Shown here in pieces: positions 1 to 9,501 of a DNA stretch of 64,000 nt. The stretch's first letter is position 1; each line of letters starts with the position of its first letter. A program made the position numbers and the translations under genes. Source of the stretch: Endomicrobiales bacterium (GTDB taxonomy: Bacteria; Elusimicrobiota; Endomicrobiia; Endomicrobiales; CAWCFT01); NCBI GenBank assembly GCA_963794945.1, contig CAWCFT010000009.1:1-64000 (forward strand), read 5' to 3'. The notes beneath the pieces were generated by a model, which was not told the origin of the DNA, did no database searches, and saw only the letters and a program-made list of their open reading frames with translations.

Positions 1-481
1 CAGAAGGGCGCGAACATCGATACAACCATCATGCATATTTTGAGCGCTCTTATCGCCCTGGATATCAGCTTCTTATGGTCAGCCGCTGCGTCTTTTTTAC
101 GGGCCAGTTTTACCCATTTTGCCGCTTCAGTTATAGTCTGGGTAACCTCCGGCCGCATACAGGACTGACCAGATAGTAAAAGATCTTTTCCGCTCTTATA
201 GCGTTCTCAATTTCAGGTTTGTCCCCTTCGGCTATAGCTATTACAGGTACAAGCTCATTAATTGTGCGTATATAATAGGTATTGACGGCATTGTTTGACA
301 TTAGGTGAACGGTGTCTATCAGTAAAGCATCGTATTGGTCGGCCTGCAGCTTAATAAGACAATCGTTTGTATTATATGCGATATCAAATGTTATATTTGA
401 TTGATTTTTCAAATTGTTCATCATGTCAATCCCTATCTTTGACGAGAGAACCAAGATCCTTGCCTCAATTTGATTTTCCAT
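1..481 (-). CDS. Atypical response-regulator receiver-like protein (frameshift near 150; runs off window edge)
   Basis: ORF 131..481 has receiver-like segments (YDALLID, VPVIAI, IFYYLVSPV). An alternative frame continues EVTQTITEAAKWVKLARKK... open to base 1. Confidence 0.5.
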
Positions 482-707
482 TTTAGTCCTCCTTTCCGTT
501 CAACTTATTTACACGCAATTTTGACGACAAGTTGTGTGCAGGCAAGAAAAGGCGGCTATCGACGGCAATTTAATGTCGGGATATTCCAGTGGGATTTTTG
601 ACGCACAGGTTGAAGGTTAATGTGGGAGATATTTGCTCAACTTGGTTAGTTGTTGGGGTTAAAGTTAAGTGTAGTATTAGTGAAATAGAGGTTAAGTGCA
701 GCAAACA

Positions 708-1951
708 TCAATCTATTTTAGGATTGAATTTACGTTCAGAAACTGAAATTGAAGGCGAATATTGATATAAACGTGATACATAGACTTTATGTTTGACTAT
801 TTCTTCATATAGGCCGAACGTCTTATTTGTAATAACGCTCCACGGATACAACTCAGCTGTTTTTCTCGCGTTTTTTCCCATCGTTTAGCCACCACGGGAT
901 CATCCAACAAATGTCTGATTGACTTAGCAATATAACGATAATCTGAAAAATCGTTTAAAAGTATCCCATTTACGCCATCTTTGATAAAATCGCTTGCGCC
1001 TGCCAGGCCGGAAACAATTACCGGTAGCCCTACCGCCATAGCTTCAGTTATAACAAGCCCGTAAGGCTCGTAATTGGTAGGAAGCACGAGCATGTCAGCT
1101 ACCGCGTAGTATGGCGCCATATTGTCTACTTTGCCTTTAAAAATAAAATACTTTTCGAGTTCTTTATTGCGTATCTCAGGTAAAAATTTATTCGGGTCAT
1201 CCTGCCCTGTAATTATCACGAATAGATCTTTTCTATGTATCAAACGCACAGCGTCAATGATATAAGCTAACCCTTTCCTCTCGAACTCGTGGGCAGGAAA
1301 AACAATAACTTTATCTTCTTGGGTCAACCCCAGCTCAGAACCTTACAGCCTTTCTCTGCAACATCCTGGCCTCTGGATTGAACTTTGAAATGTCTACCCC
1401 GTTCGGTATTACATCTATCTTTGCGGAATCTATATTATAATGTTTGACAATGTCTTCTTTTACCCTGATTGAAACGGCCCTTACCGCTTTGGCGTGCCTG
1501 ACGTTATGTTTCTCTATTGAAAGAAGAAGCGCGTGTAGCGGGTTTAGTGCTGTCTTTTTCAGTTTTCCCCAAAGCCCTCGCCTGAATTTTTTCAACACTT
1601 CCAAGCTCTCTGCGTGACAGCTGTGCGCAGTGAAAATATCTATTTTCCCAGTGTAACACCCTTGCGAATGCACAATATCGAAATTTTTGTATTTTATCAT
1701 TATCTTCGCAAAAAAGTTAAAGGTTATAATTTCAAATATGTTATTTAGCGCCACGTAGCCGTGGCGTTTCAGGAACTTAAAGCTGAGCATCGGGACCTTA
1801 TGGAAAATGATCGATGTTTGGTTATCGCACTGCCAGGAGGCGGTGTAGACGTGGACTTCATGCTCTTTTGAAAAACTCTCGGCGTGTTCCGCGGCGCAGG
1901 GTAAATGCCGCCAAATTTGTGGTACTCGCGTATTACTATCGCTATTTTCAT
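708..1951 (-). CDS. Glycosyltransferase family 4 (split by ~3 frameshifts)
   Basis: Fragments MKIAIVIREYHKFGG, IPNGVD, FERKGL, YEPYGLVITEAMAVGLPVI (GT4 EX7E motif). Collinear with the intact paralog at 23597..24778. Confidence 0.85.
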
Positions 1952-2361
1952 TTGTATTTGACCTCTTCTTTTAGACACAGTTTAAAACACAAAAGTTTCA
2001 TTTCTTAAAAAATATTTTTTAGCCTGCTAGCCTGCGGTACTGGGCCTGGTCATCTAGCCACAGGCAGGTTAACATTGAGCTTGCCTATTCATCAAGTCCG
2101 TATTCCTTGATTTTTTGATACAGCGTCCGCCTCGCTATTCCCAGTATCCGCGCCGCTTTGGTCTGGTTGCCGTTCGACGATGCCAATATCTTTTTTATGT
2201 GCTCTTTTTCAACTTCCACAAGGCTCCCGGGATTCTTTGTACCGCTTACAGGTTCACTGCCCGTTTCGGCTTCCATGTCCTTGTTCTTTATATAATGCGG
2301 CAAATCGCCCGGAGAGATTATATCATTTTCTGAAAGAACTATCACCTGCTCTATAACATTC

Positions 2362-3818
2362 TGTCGAAATTAAGTTAAAATGTCACCATTGCGTTAAGTA
2401 GAAATGTCATGGTTGTGTATAATGACCTCCTGTGCAAATAAACTGGAGGCATCCAATGGAGGTCCGACTAACCATGAGCAACCGTGAAATTGACCGTTTA
2501 AAAGTGATTCATTCTATTATGAAAAAGCAACTTACCTGGGAACAGGCTGCCGGCCAGCTTGACCTGTCAAAACGGCACATAGGCCGATTACTTGTGCGCA
2601 TAAACGCCGAAGGCAACAAAGGCATCATTCATCGCCTGCGTGGCAAACCGTCGAATAACAAACTGACGCAGGCAGTCATAGATACATCAATAAATTTAGT
2701 TAAAACTCGTTACGCCGACTTCGGCCCGTCGTTTGCCAACGAAAAGTTACTGGAACTTCATGGAATTAATATCTCCACTTCTTCGCTACGTACCGCAATG
2801 ATTAAGTCCCACGTCTGGCATCCACGCAAACAGGCCACAAAACACCGCCAATGGCGCGAACGCAGGCCCTGTGTGGGTGAATTGGTTCAGCTTGACGGTT
2901 CTGATCACGACTGGTTCGAAGGCCGAGGCCCAAGATGCGCCCTGGTGATCTTCATTGACGACGCTACAAGCCGTATTCTTTACGCTGAATTTGTCTCTGT
3001 AGAAAATACTTTTAACCTTATGTCCACTACAAAACAATATCTTCTTAATCACGGACGCCCTATCGCTCTTTATGTCGACAAAGACGGTATCTACAAAATC
3101 AATCGCCAGGCTTCCATTGAAGAACAGCTCAAGGACGAACAGGCCATGACACAGTATTCTCGCGCTATGGGCGAACTAGGCATTGAAATCATCTTTGCTC
3201 AGTCGCCACAGGCTAAAGGCAGGGTCGAACGCTCTTTTGATACTCATCAAGACCGCTTAGTCAAAGAGCTTCGCCTGGCAAACATTTCAGACATGAAATC
3301 AGGCAACATCTTCCTGCGCAAAATCTACATCCCCAAACATAATGCCCGTTTCGCTGTTTCACCCAAGCGCAAACTAAACGCTCACAAGCCTCTGCTTCGT
3401 TCCCACAAACTCGACGAAATTCTATCCCTTCAAACTGAAAGAATTCTCGCTAATGACTTTACCGTCCGCTTTCAAAATCTTTACCTGCAAATCCTCGCAG
3501 AGCAAAAAGTACGTATTCGCCCTAAAGACAAAATAATCGTCCAGGCAAGGCTCGACGGCTCTATGCACCTTAAATTTAAAGACCAATTCCTCAACTTCAA
3601 ACCTTTGCCTCAAAGACCCTACAAACCCTTTTACACCGCCAACAAAAGACTCCTAAAAGGCTCTAATTCAACATCCAAACCTTATTTCCCATCAAAAAAT
3701 CATCCTTGGAGGCATCAGGTATTCTCTGCTAAACAACTATCAACGATTCCGCTACTGTCAAAGACACCATGACATTTCTACTTAATTTAAAAGGTGACAT
3801 TTCTACTTGCTTGCAACA
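2362..3818 (+). mobile_element. Insertion sequence, IS1202/ISNCY-type (~1457 bp)
   Basis: Starts TGT, ends ACA. Imperfect ~50-bp terminal IRs, each with two copies of an AAGTAGAAATGTCA-like motif. Flanked by 16-bp direct repeat CTGCTCTATAACATTC (2346..2361, 3819..3834). Confidence 0.93.
2456..3772 (+). CDS. DDE transposase (ISNCY/IS1202 family)
   Basis: N-terminal HTH, GELVQLDGSDHDWFEGRG, FIDDATS, YVDK, SPQAKGRVER, C-terminal HPWR. GGAGG RBS before ATG 2456. Confidence 0.93.
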   Translation: MEVRLTMSNREIDRLKVIHSIMKKQLTWEQAAGQLDLSKRHIGRLLVRINAEGNKGIIHRLRGKPSNNKLTQAVIDTSINLVKTRYADFGPSFANEKLLELHGINISTSSLRTAMIKSHVWHPRKQATKHRQWRERRPCVGELVQLDGSDHDWFEGRGPRCALVIFIDDATSRILYAEFVSVENTFNLMSTTKQYLLNHGRPIALYVDKDGIYKINRQASIEEQLKDEQAMTQYSRAMGELGIEIIFAQSPQAKGRVERSFDTHQDRLVKELRLANISDMKSGNIFLRKIYIPKHNARFAVSPKRKLNAHKPLLRSHKLDEILSLQTERILANDFTVRFQNLYLQILAEQKVRIRPKDKIIVQARLDGSMHLKFKDQFLNFKPLPQRPYKPFYTANKRLLKGSNSTSKPYFPSKNHPWRHQVFSAKQLSTIPLLSKTP

Positions 3819-4927
3819 CTGCTCTATAACATTCTTTAGCTGCCTGACATTTCCGGGCCAGCTGTACTCTTCAAGCATTTCCAGCGCCTGCGGGGATATC
3901 TTCTTCTGCTTGCTGCCCATGTTAGAAAGGAAAGCGTCTACCAGCAGCGGTATGTCCTCGCGCCTTTTCCTCAGCGGCGGCATGTTTATAGAGATCACTC
4001 CAAGCCTGTAGAACAGGTCGTCCCTGAACCGGCCGGCCTTTATCTCGTCGCCAAGGTTCTTGTTCGTTGCCGCGAGGAACCTCACGTCAACTTTAATTTC
4101 CTCGTTGCCGCCCAGCCTTCTGAATATCTTTGTTTCAACGGTCCTCAGCAGTTTCGCCTGCAGGGCCGGGCTTAAGTCCGAAACCTCGTCTAAAAAAAGC
4201 GTGCCGCCGTCAGCTATCTCCAGCAACCCGCGTTTAAGTTTAGAAGCGTCCGTGAAAGCCCCGGCCTCGTGGCCGAAAAGTTCGCTCTCCAAAAGTGTGT
4301 CCGGCAGCGCCGGGCAGTTTATCGATATAAAACGTTTGGCGCTTCGCTGGCTGTTCTTGTGTATGAACCTCGCCACCAGCTCCTTGCCGCAGCCGGTTTC
4401 GCCCTGTATCAGCACGTTGGACGATGTAGGAGATATCTTTTTTAGCAGCGCCATTACTGCTTTTGTCGACTCGCTGACTCCCGTAAGCGTCGGCCCGTCA
4501 ACCGGCTCCGCGGCCGTGTCCGCCGCCTGCTGGCGCCTGTGTTCAGAGCCGCCTTGTCTAAAACATTTTGCCGCGCGGTCAACCACGTCAAGCAGGTCGT
4601 CGATGTTCACTGGCTTTGAAAGGTAGTCGTAGGCGCCGAGCGTAAGGCTCTCGTGCGCTATGCGCATGGTCCCGTGCCCCGATACCATCACTATTTCTGT
4701 TTCCGGGTAATCTTTTTTAATAGCTTTCAAAACGCTCAGGTCGTTTACACCGGGCATCCTTATATCGAGCACAACTATATGGTATTTTTTGGCTTTCAGC
4801 CTCTCGTAGGCTTCCTGTTCGCTCTTCGCGGCGGCGCAGTCATAACCCGCTTCGTCAAAAACGCGGCAGAAGAGCTTCCGTATCATCTCTTCATCGTCGA
4901 CCACAAGCACGCTGATCTTCTTATCCA

Positions 4928-6055
4928 TTATTTCCCTTTACGTTTTCTTTTCGCGCCCGGCAGAAAACCAAGCTCTTTTCTGTATATCTGCACCATGTGC
5001 CTCGAAACCCTGAACCCGTGTAAGTTCAATATTATATTACTTAACACGTCATCTTTCAATCCTTTTTTATCCGCAACAAGTAATTTTTCAAGCAAGGATT
5101 TAACAACGTCCTTTTTTGAAGGGAAGAAATCTTTCAGCGGCACCTCGCTTCCGGCGGGTATTATAAGGCTTTTCGCGAAGAGCGCCCTGTTTAGCAGGCT
5201 CGGGCTAATTTCCATCCTTTTTGCCACGGTCAACTGGCTTAACGGGGCAAGCAACGCCTTGTCTCCTGTCAACAAAAACTCTTTCTGGAACTCAATAATG
5301 TTCTCTATCAGTTTATGCAGCACCGTTTTTCTAAGGTTCACGTCTTCAAGGTGTTTTATAAGCGGCCCCAGTTCCGTCAGTTCTTCTTTAGTGAAAAACC
5401 CGCCTTTTTTAAGCTCGCCTATCTTATCATAGTCTATCGAGTACCTGCCTTTTGCGAGGTGCGCGTGGCGGTACACGGCGTTCAGTTTTCCGTCATCCCC
5501 CATCTCTATCCATGCGACGGCGCTGTAGTTTATCCCGCCGCCGGGCGCCACTGAACTCCCGCCGTAAAATTCTTCGCTGGCCGAGATGTCGTTTACCAGC
5601 TCAAGTATATCACTTACGCCTTCCGCGCCTATACCGCAAGCCCGCGCGATATCTTCAGGGTCTATCCCGGCTTCGTTAAACAGGAAATATTTTTTGAAAT
5701 TCTCTTCGCCTATCTTTTTTACAGCCGCGCCGCTCTTTCCCTTTTCGACAACATCAGCTCGACATCTGCCGTTCCGCCGGCCGGCGCCGAGATGCCTTCC
5801 TTGAACTCAAGCATGCGGTCAGAACAGCTTCAGCCTGTGAGGCCTCGCGTAAGTTATGGCCCTCTCTTTCCCCGGCCCCGGAGAAAATAGTTTTAAAAAC
5901 AGCGGGTGGGATTCATGCGAAGATATTTTTTCACGGAAGGCCTTTTCGTCGAGCTCAAAGAATTCCGACAGTTTTATCCTGCCGGCGAGCTTCGTCTTCA
6001 CGCCGGCTTTCGGCGTGTTGGTGATTTTCGGGGCGAAGCGGAAGGTATCAGCCAT
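4928..6055 (-). CDS. Divergent, short sigma-54 (RpoN)-like protein (two frameshifts near 5825 and 5725)
   Basis: C-terminal part FQKEFLLTG...LAPLSQLTVAKRMEISPSLLNRA...PLKDFF...LKDDVLSNII...GFRVSRHMVQIYRKELG follows the sigma-54 DNA-binding layout (HTH plus RpoN box). Frames can be joined to ~375 aa. Overlaps both neighbours. Confidence 0.7.
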
Positions 6056-7589
6056 GTTTGATTATTTTTTCTTTCACGTGCTGCAGAAGGTGTTCTATCG
6101 AGTAGGGTTTGCTGAGGAAACTGTAGCCTTTCTCTTTTGTGGCCGCTACCTCGGACTTGTTGTCGGTGTAACCGCTGGACATAAGTATGTTCAGGCCGGG
6201 CTTATCTTTCTCAATAGCCGCGGCCACATCAAGGCCGGTCATGTCGCCAAGGATGACATCTATAAGCACCAGGTCATAATTCCCCTCTCCAGCCTTGAAC
6301 ACTTCTATGCCCTGCTGCCCGTTCTTCGCTACCGTTACCTTATAGCCGTACATCGAGAGGGCTTCCGAAGCGAATTTTCTCACCATGTCGTCGTCTTCGA
6401 TTATTAAAACTTTTTTCCCGTCTCCGTGGTAATCCTGTAGCACAACGGGCATTTCATCAACTTTTTTCTGGCCTTCTTCCGGCAGCGGCAGATATGTTTT
6501 GAACACCGTGCCCTTGCCGGGCGTGCTGTCATAATCTATCCACCCGCCGTGCTGCTTAATTATCCCGTAAGCCGTGTAAAGCCCCAGGCCCATGCCTTTT
6601 TTCGCCTCTTTAGTGGTAAAGAACGGTTCAAATACGTGCTCAAGCGTTTCTTTTTCCATACCCGCGCCCGTGTCGCTGATGGTTACGCAAATGAATTTCC
6701 CAAGTTTCGCTTCATTTAAAGAATCCACATAGCTCTGCGTGGTCTCAACGTTCTCGGCCTTGATCGTCACATTGCCGCCCTTTGGCATAGCGTCCCTGGC
6801 GTTTAGCAGCATGTTAATGAAAACCTGCTCTATCTTTATCTCGTCGCCGAACACCGGGCGCAGGTCCGGCGCGGCATCAATAGAAATATTTATGTTCTCG
6901 CCCACCATCCACTTCATGATGGTCTGCATGTTCTTTAAAGTGTAGTTGACAAGGAAAAGCCTGCTCTTCATTGGCTTTTTGAGGCTGAAGAAAAGCAGCT
7001 GCCTGGTCAGGTAACCCGTGCGCTCGGCCGCGTTGTATATCTCTTCAAGGTCGCTGCGCATGGGGTCGCCTTCCTTCACGCGGCCCATGGCAAGCCTTGA
7101 AAAACCCTGTATCGCCGTCAGCAGGTTGTTGAAGTCGTGCGCTATACCGGAGGTGAACCGGCCTATCGCCTCCATCTTGTACATCTGGAGCGATTGAATT
7201 TGTTTCTTTTCCTTTTCTTCTTCCGCGGCCTTTTGCAGCGACACATCCCGTATAACCGCAAAAGCGCTGGAAGACTGCCCGTTAGTGGGGCAGCACCATA
7301 TCTCGGCAACTATCCTCGCCCCGCTTTTCGAAAGCATCTCGTAACGCCCAGAGAAACTTTTGCTCACGCCAAAAGCCGAGCAGAAATCCGCGTGCTCCGC
7401 ATCGCGCATGAAAAGCGGCCTCAGGTTCTTGCCTTTCACCTCAGCCGCGCCATACCCGAAAAGCGACAAAAACGCGGCGTTAGCGTACTCCACAACGCAC
7501 TCGGGCATCTTCATCACCAGGGCCGCATCGCACATGGAGTCCAAAACCGCCCCGATACTCTGTTTGCTGTCAAACCCTTGTGCGCTCAT
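6048..7589 (-). CDS. PAS-domain hybrid sensor histidine kinase / response regulator
   Basis: PAS, H-box GIAHDFNNLL, NARDAM, DTGAGM, FEPFFTTK, GMGLGL and a C-terminal REC domain. Confidence 0.93.
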   Translation of the reverse strand: MSAQGFDSKQSIGAVLDSMCDAALVMKMPECVVEYANAAFLSLFGYGAAEVKGKNLRPLFMRDAEHADFCSAFGVSKSFSGRYEMLSKSGARIVAEIWCCPTNGQSSSAFAVIRDVSLQKAAEEEKEKKQIQSLQMYKMEAIGRFTSGIAHDFNNLLTAIQGFSRLAMGRVKEGDPMRSDLEEIYNAAERTGYLTRQLLFFSLKKPMKSRLFLVNYTLKNMQTIMKWMVGENINISIDAAPDLRPVFGDEIKIEQVFINMLLNARDAMPKGGNVTIKAENVETTQSYVDSLNEAKLGKFICVTISDTGAGMEKETLEHVFEPFFTTKEAKKGMGLGLYTAYGIIKQHGGWIDYDSTPGKGTVFKTYLPLPEEGQKKVDEMPVVLQDYHGDGKKVLIIEDDDMVRKFASEALSMYGYKVTVAKNGQQGIEVFKAGEGNYDLVLIDVILGDMTGLDVAAAIEKDKPGLNILMSSGYTDNKSEVAATKEKGYSFLSKPYSIEHLLQHVKEKIIKHG

Positions 7590-7609
7590 AATATTATATG
7601 ATTCCCCTC

Positions 7610-7652
7610 ATTTGGCATGCCAAATTCTAATATAATATTTATCCACCGTCAA
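7610..7652 (-). promoter_or_regulatory. Sigma-70-type promoter (TTGACG-17-TAGAAT) with a 16-bp palindrome over the start region
   Basis: -35 at 7647..7652, -10 at 7624..7629, perfect palindrome ATTTGGCATGCCAAAT at 7610..7625. Confidence 0.65.
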
Positions 7653-7688
7653 CCGTTACTAAGATAATTTTTCCAATTATCAGCCGCT

Positions 7689-8592
7689 CTACCCGTTGTT
7701 CATGAAACTCAAAATAATAGGCCCGAAAAGAATAATGAATATCGTAGGAAATATCAGCATCACCAGCGGCCCCATAAGCTTTATCGGCGCCTCAGCCGCC
7801 ATCTTCTCCGCCATCTGCGACCGTTCGGTCCTAAACTGCTCCGAAAGCACCCTCAAAGTCGGCGCCAGGCTTCCCCCGGTCTTTATCGCAAGCGAAATTG
7901 AATTAATAACAGTGTTCAAAGGAACGTACTTTATCCGCTCGATCATGCTTGTAAACGCATCCGCCCGCGCCTTCCCAAGCCTGACCTCCTGCTGCGCTAT
8001 AGCAAACTCATCGATCAACGGCCCTTTTTCTGATTCTATGATCTTTCCAAGCGACGAGTTGAAATCAAGCCCCGCCTCGATCATAAGCGTTAGCATATCA
8101 AGGACATCCGGAAGCTGGCGAAATATTGCCTTGTGCCTGGCTTTAACTTTATCCTTATTGAGAAACAATGGTATATAAAACCCTCCAAACCCAAGCGCCG
8201 CGAGCAAAATTATATTGTAAAGATCAAGTAGTATTACCGCGAGTATAATTACGCCTAATGACACCAGTAATTGAATACCGATAAATGTATACGGGTCCAT
8301 CTTGTTATGTGGCTCGCCAAGAATATCAAGGTTGTTTTTTATCTCTTTTGTAAGTTGTTCATATTTTCTGATTCTTTTTGATTTTACAAATTCCCCCAGC
8401 TTTTCTGAAATAAACAATAGTTGTCCTGTAATTCCTTTAAGTTTAATATTCCCTACGCCAGTGCCCAGGCCGTCAATCTTTTCCTTGAACTTTTTTTCCA
8501 GTTCAATTCTTTTCAAGAAGCTCATTAACTGGTAGATCACCAGAACTGCATGAAACACCTATTAAGAGCCCGATAAGTATTATCTGCATCAT
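7689..8592 (-). CDS. tadC: Tad pilus inner-membrane platform protein TadC (T2SS F family); frameshift near 8550
   Basis: LPDVLDMLTLMIEAGLDF, E..LG..R..A, KLMGPLVMLIFP. RBS and ATG ATG at 8592 lie in another frame. Confidence 0.88.
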
Positions 8593-8601
8593 TTCTCCGG
8601 T

Positions 8602-9501
8602 TCAAACATCTATACTTACAATTTTGTTGATCACTATCATGCCCACAGTAACCATCACTATAACAAGACAAAGCATAATATTGCCAAGGAATGTATTGAA
8701 CAGCAAACCCATCATGCTCGGCTGTATAAAGTAAAGAACACCAAGAAGTATGAACGGTACAAAACCCATCACAATTCCCGACACCTTGCCCTGGGCTGTA
8801 AGCGCGGCTATTTTACCATTTATCTTTTTCCTCTCCCGCATTGTTTCCGCTATCCTTGAGAGGATCTCGCCCATGTTACCGCCGCTTTCCCGCGCCAGGT
8901 TGATAGACAGAACCGTTATACGCAGATCGTTGCTTGGAATTTTATCCGACATCTCCATTAGGGCGTCTCCCACCGGAGTGCCAAGTTTTATTTTTTTTAG
9001 CGCGAGTTCGAATTCTGTTGACAATGGAGGTTTTGAATCCTTAACAAGGTTTTCAAGGGCCTGCGAAAAAGACTGGCCGGCCCTGACCGAATTTGTGATC
9101 ATTCCCAAAGCTTCTATAAGTTGGTCGTTAAACACACCCATCTTATCTTTGATCTGCTTTGCAAAATACGAACCTACACCGTAGAACAAGCCCGCTCCGG
9201 CGACCAGGCTGAACAGAATATTATTGGTCAATGCAAAAACGATCAGCAATGATATGACGGCCATGATCATCTTTATTTTTTGCGATGCTCTGGAATACGG
9301 ATTTTCCGAAAGCGCCTTTACTACCTTCTTCAGAATATCTTCTTTTTGAGTTTTAGTTTCAGCCCCACCGCCGTTGTTTACATTCACTATGATATCTGTT
9401 TTGTTAAGTTTGTTTAATATCACGGATATTATGGAGTAAAATAATGCCAGCGATAATGCCCCTGTAGATATAATTGCCGCGTATTTGGTTACCAGTATCA
9501 C
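8602..9501 (-). CDS. tadB: Tad pilus platform protein TadB
   Basis: QLIEALGMITNSVRAGQSF, ESGGNMGEIL, ALTAQGKVS. Lies next to tadC. Confidence 0.9.
   Translation of the reverse strand: MILVTKYAAIISTGALSLALFYSIISVILNKLNKTDIIVNVNNGGGAETKTQKEDILKKVVKALSENPYSRASQKIKMIMAVISLLIVFALTNNILFSLVAGAGLFYGVGSYFAKQIKDKMGVFNDQLIEALGMITNSVRAGQSFSQALENLVKDSKPPLSTEFELALKKIKLGTPVGDALMEMSDKIPSNDLRITVLSINLARESGGNMGEILSRIAETMRERKKINGKIAALTAQGKVSGIVMGFVPFILLGVLYFIQPSMMGLLFNTFLGNIMLCLVIVMVTVGMIVINKIVSIDV

Larger units (their letters stand above)
2085..4928 (-). pseudogene. Sigma-54-dependent response regulator (NtrC family: REC-AAA+-Fis HTH), interrupted by IS
   Basis: REC domain, GETGCGKE Walker A, GAFTDA loop, LFLDE and WPGNVRQLKNVIEQ at 3819..4928. 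HTH (NQTKAARILGIARRTLYQKIKEY) at 2085..2345. Removing the IS plus one target copy restores ...KNVIEQ-VIVLSEND... in frame (~456 aa). Confidence 0.92.

Noticed and set aside
481..707. Possible sigma-54 promoter or enhancer sites upstream of the receiver gene
   Set aside because: No GG-N10-GC with consensus context found. Repeats such as TTTTGACG are too short to support a call.
2021..2070. GCCTG...CAGGC hairpin after the activator gene
   Set aside because: Imperfect stem with no U-tract. It cannot be called a terminator or repeat from one copy.
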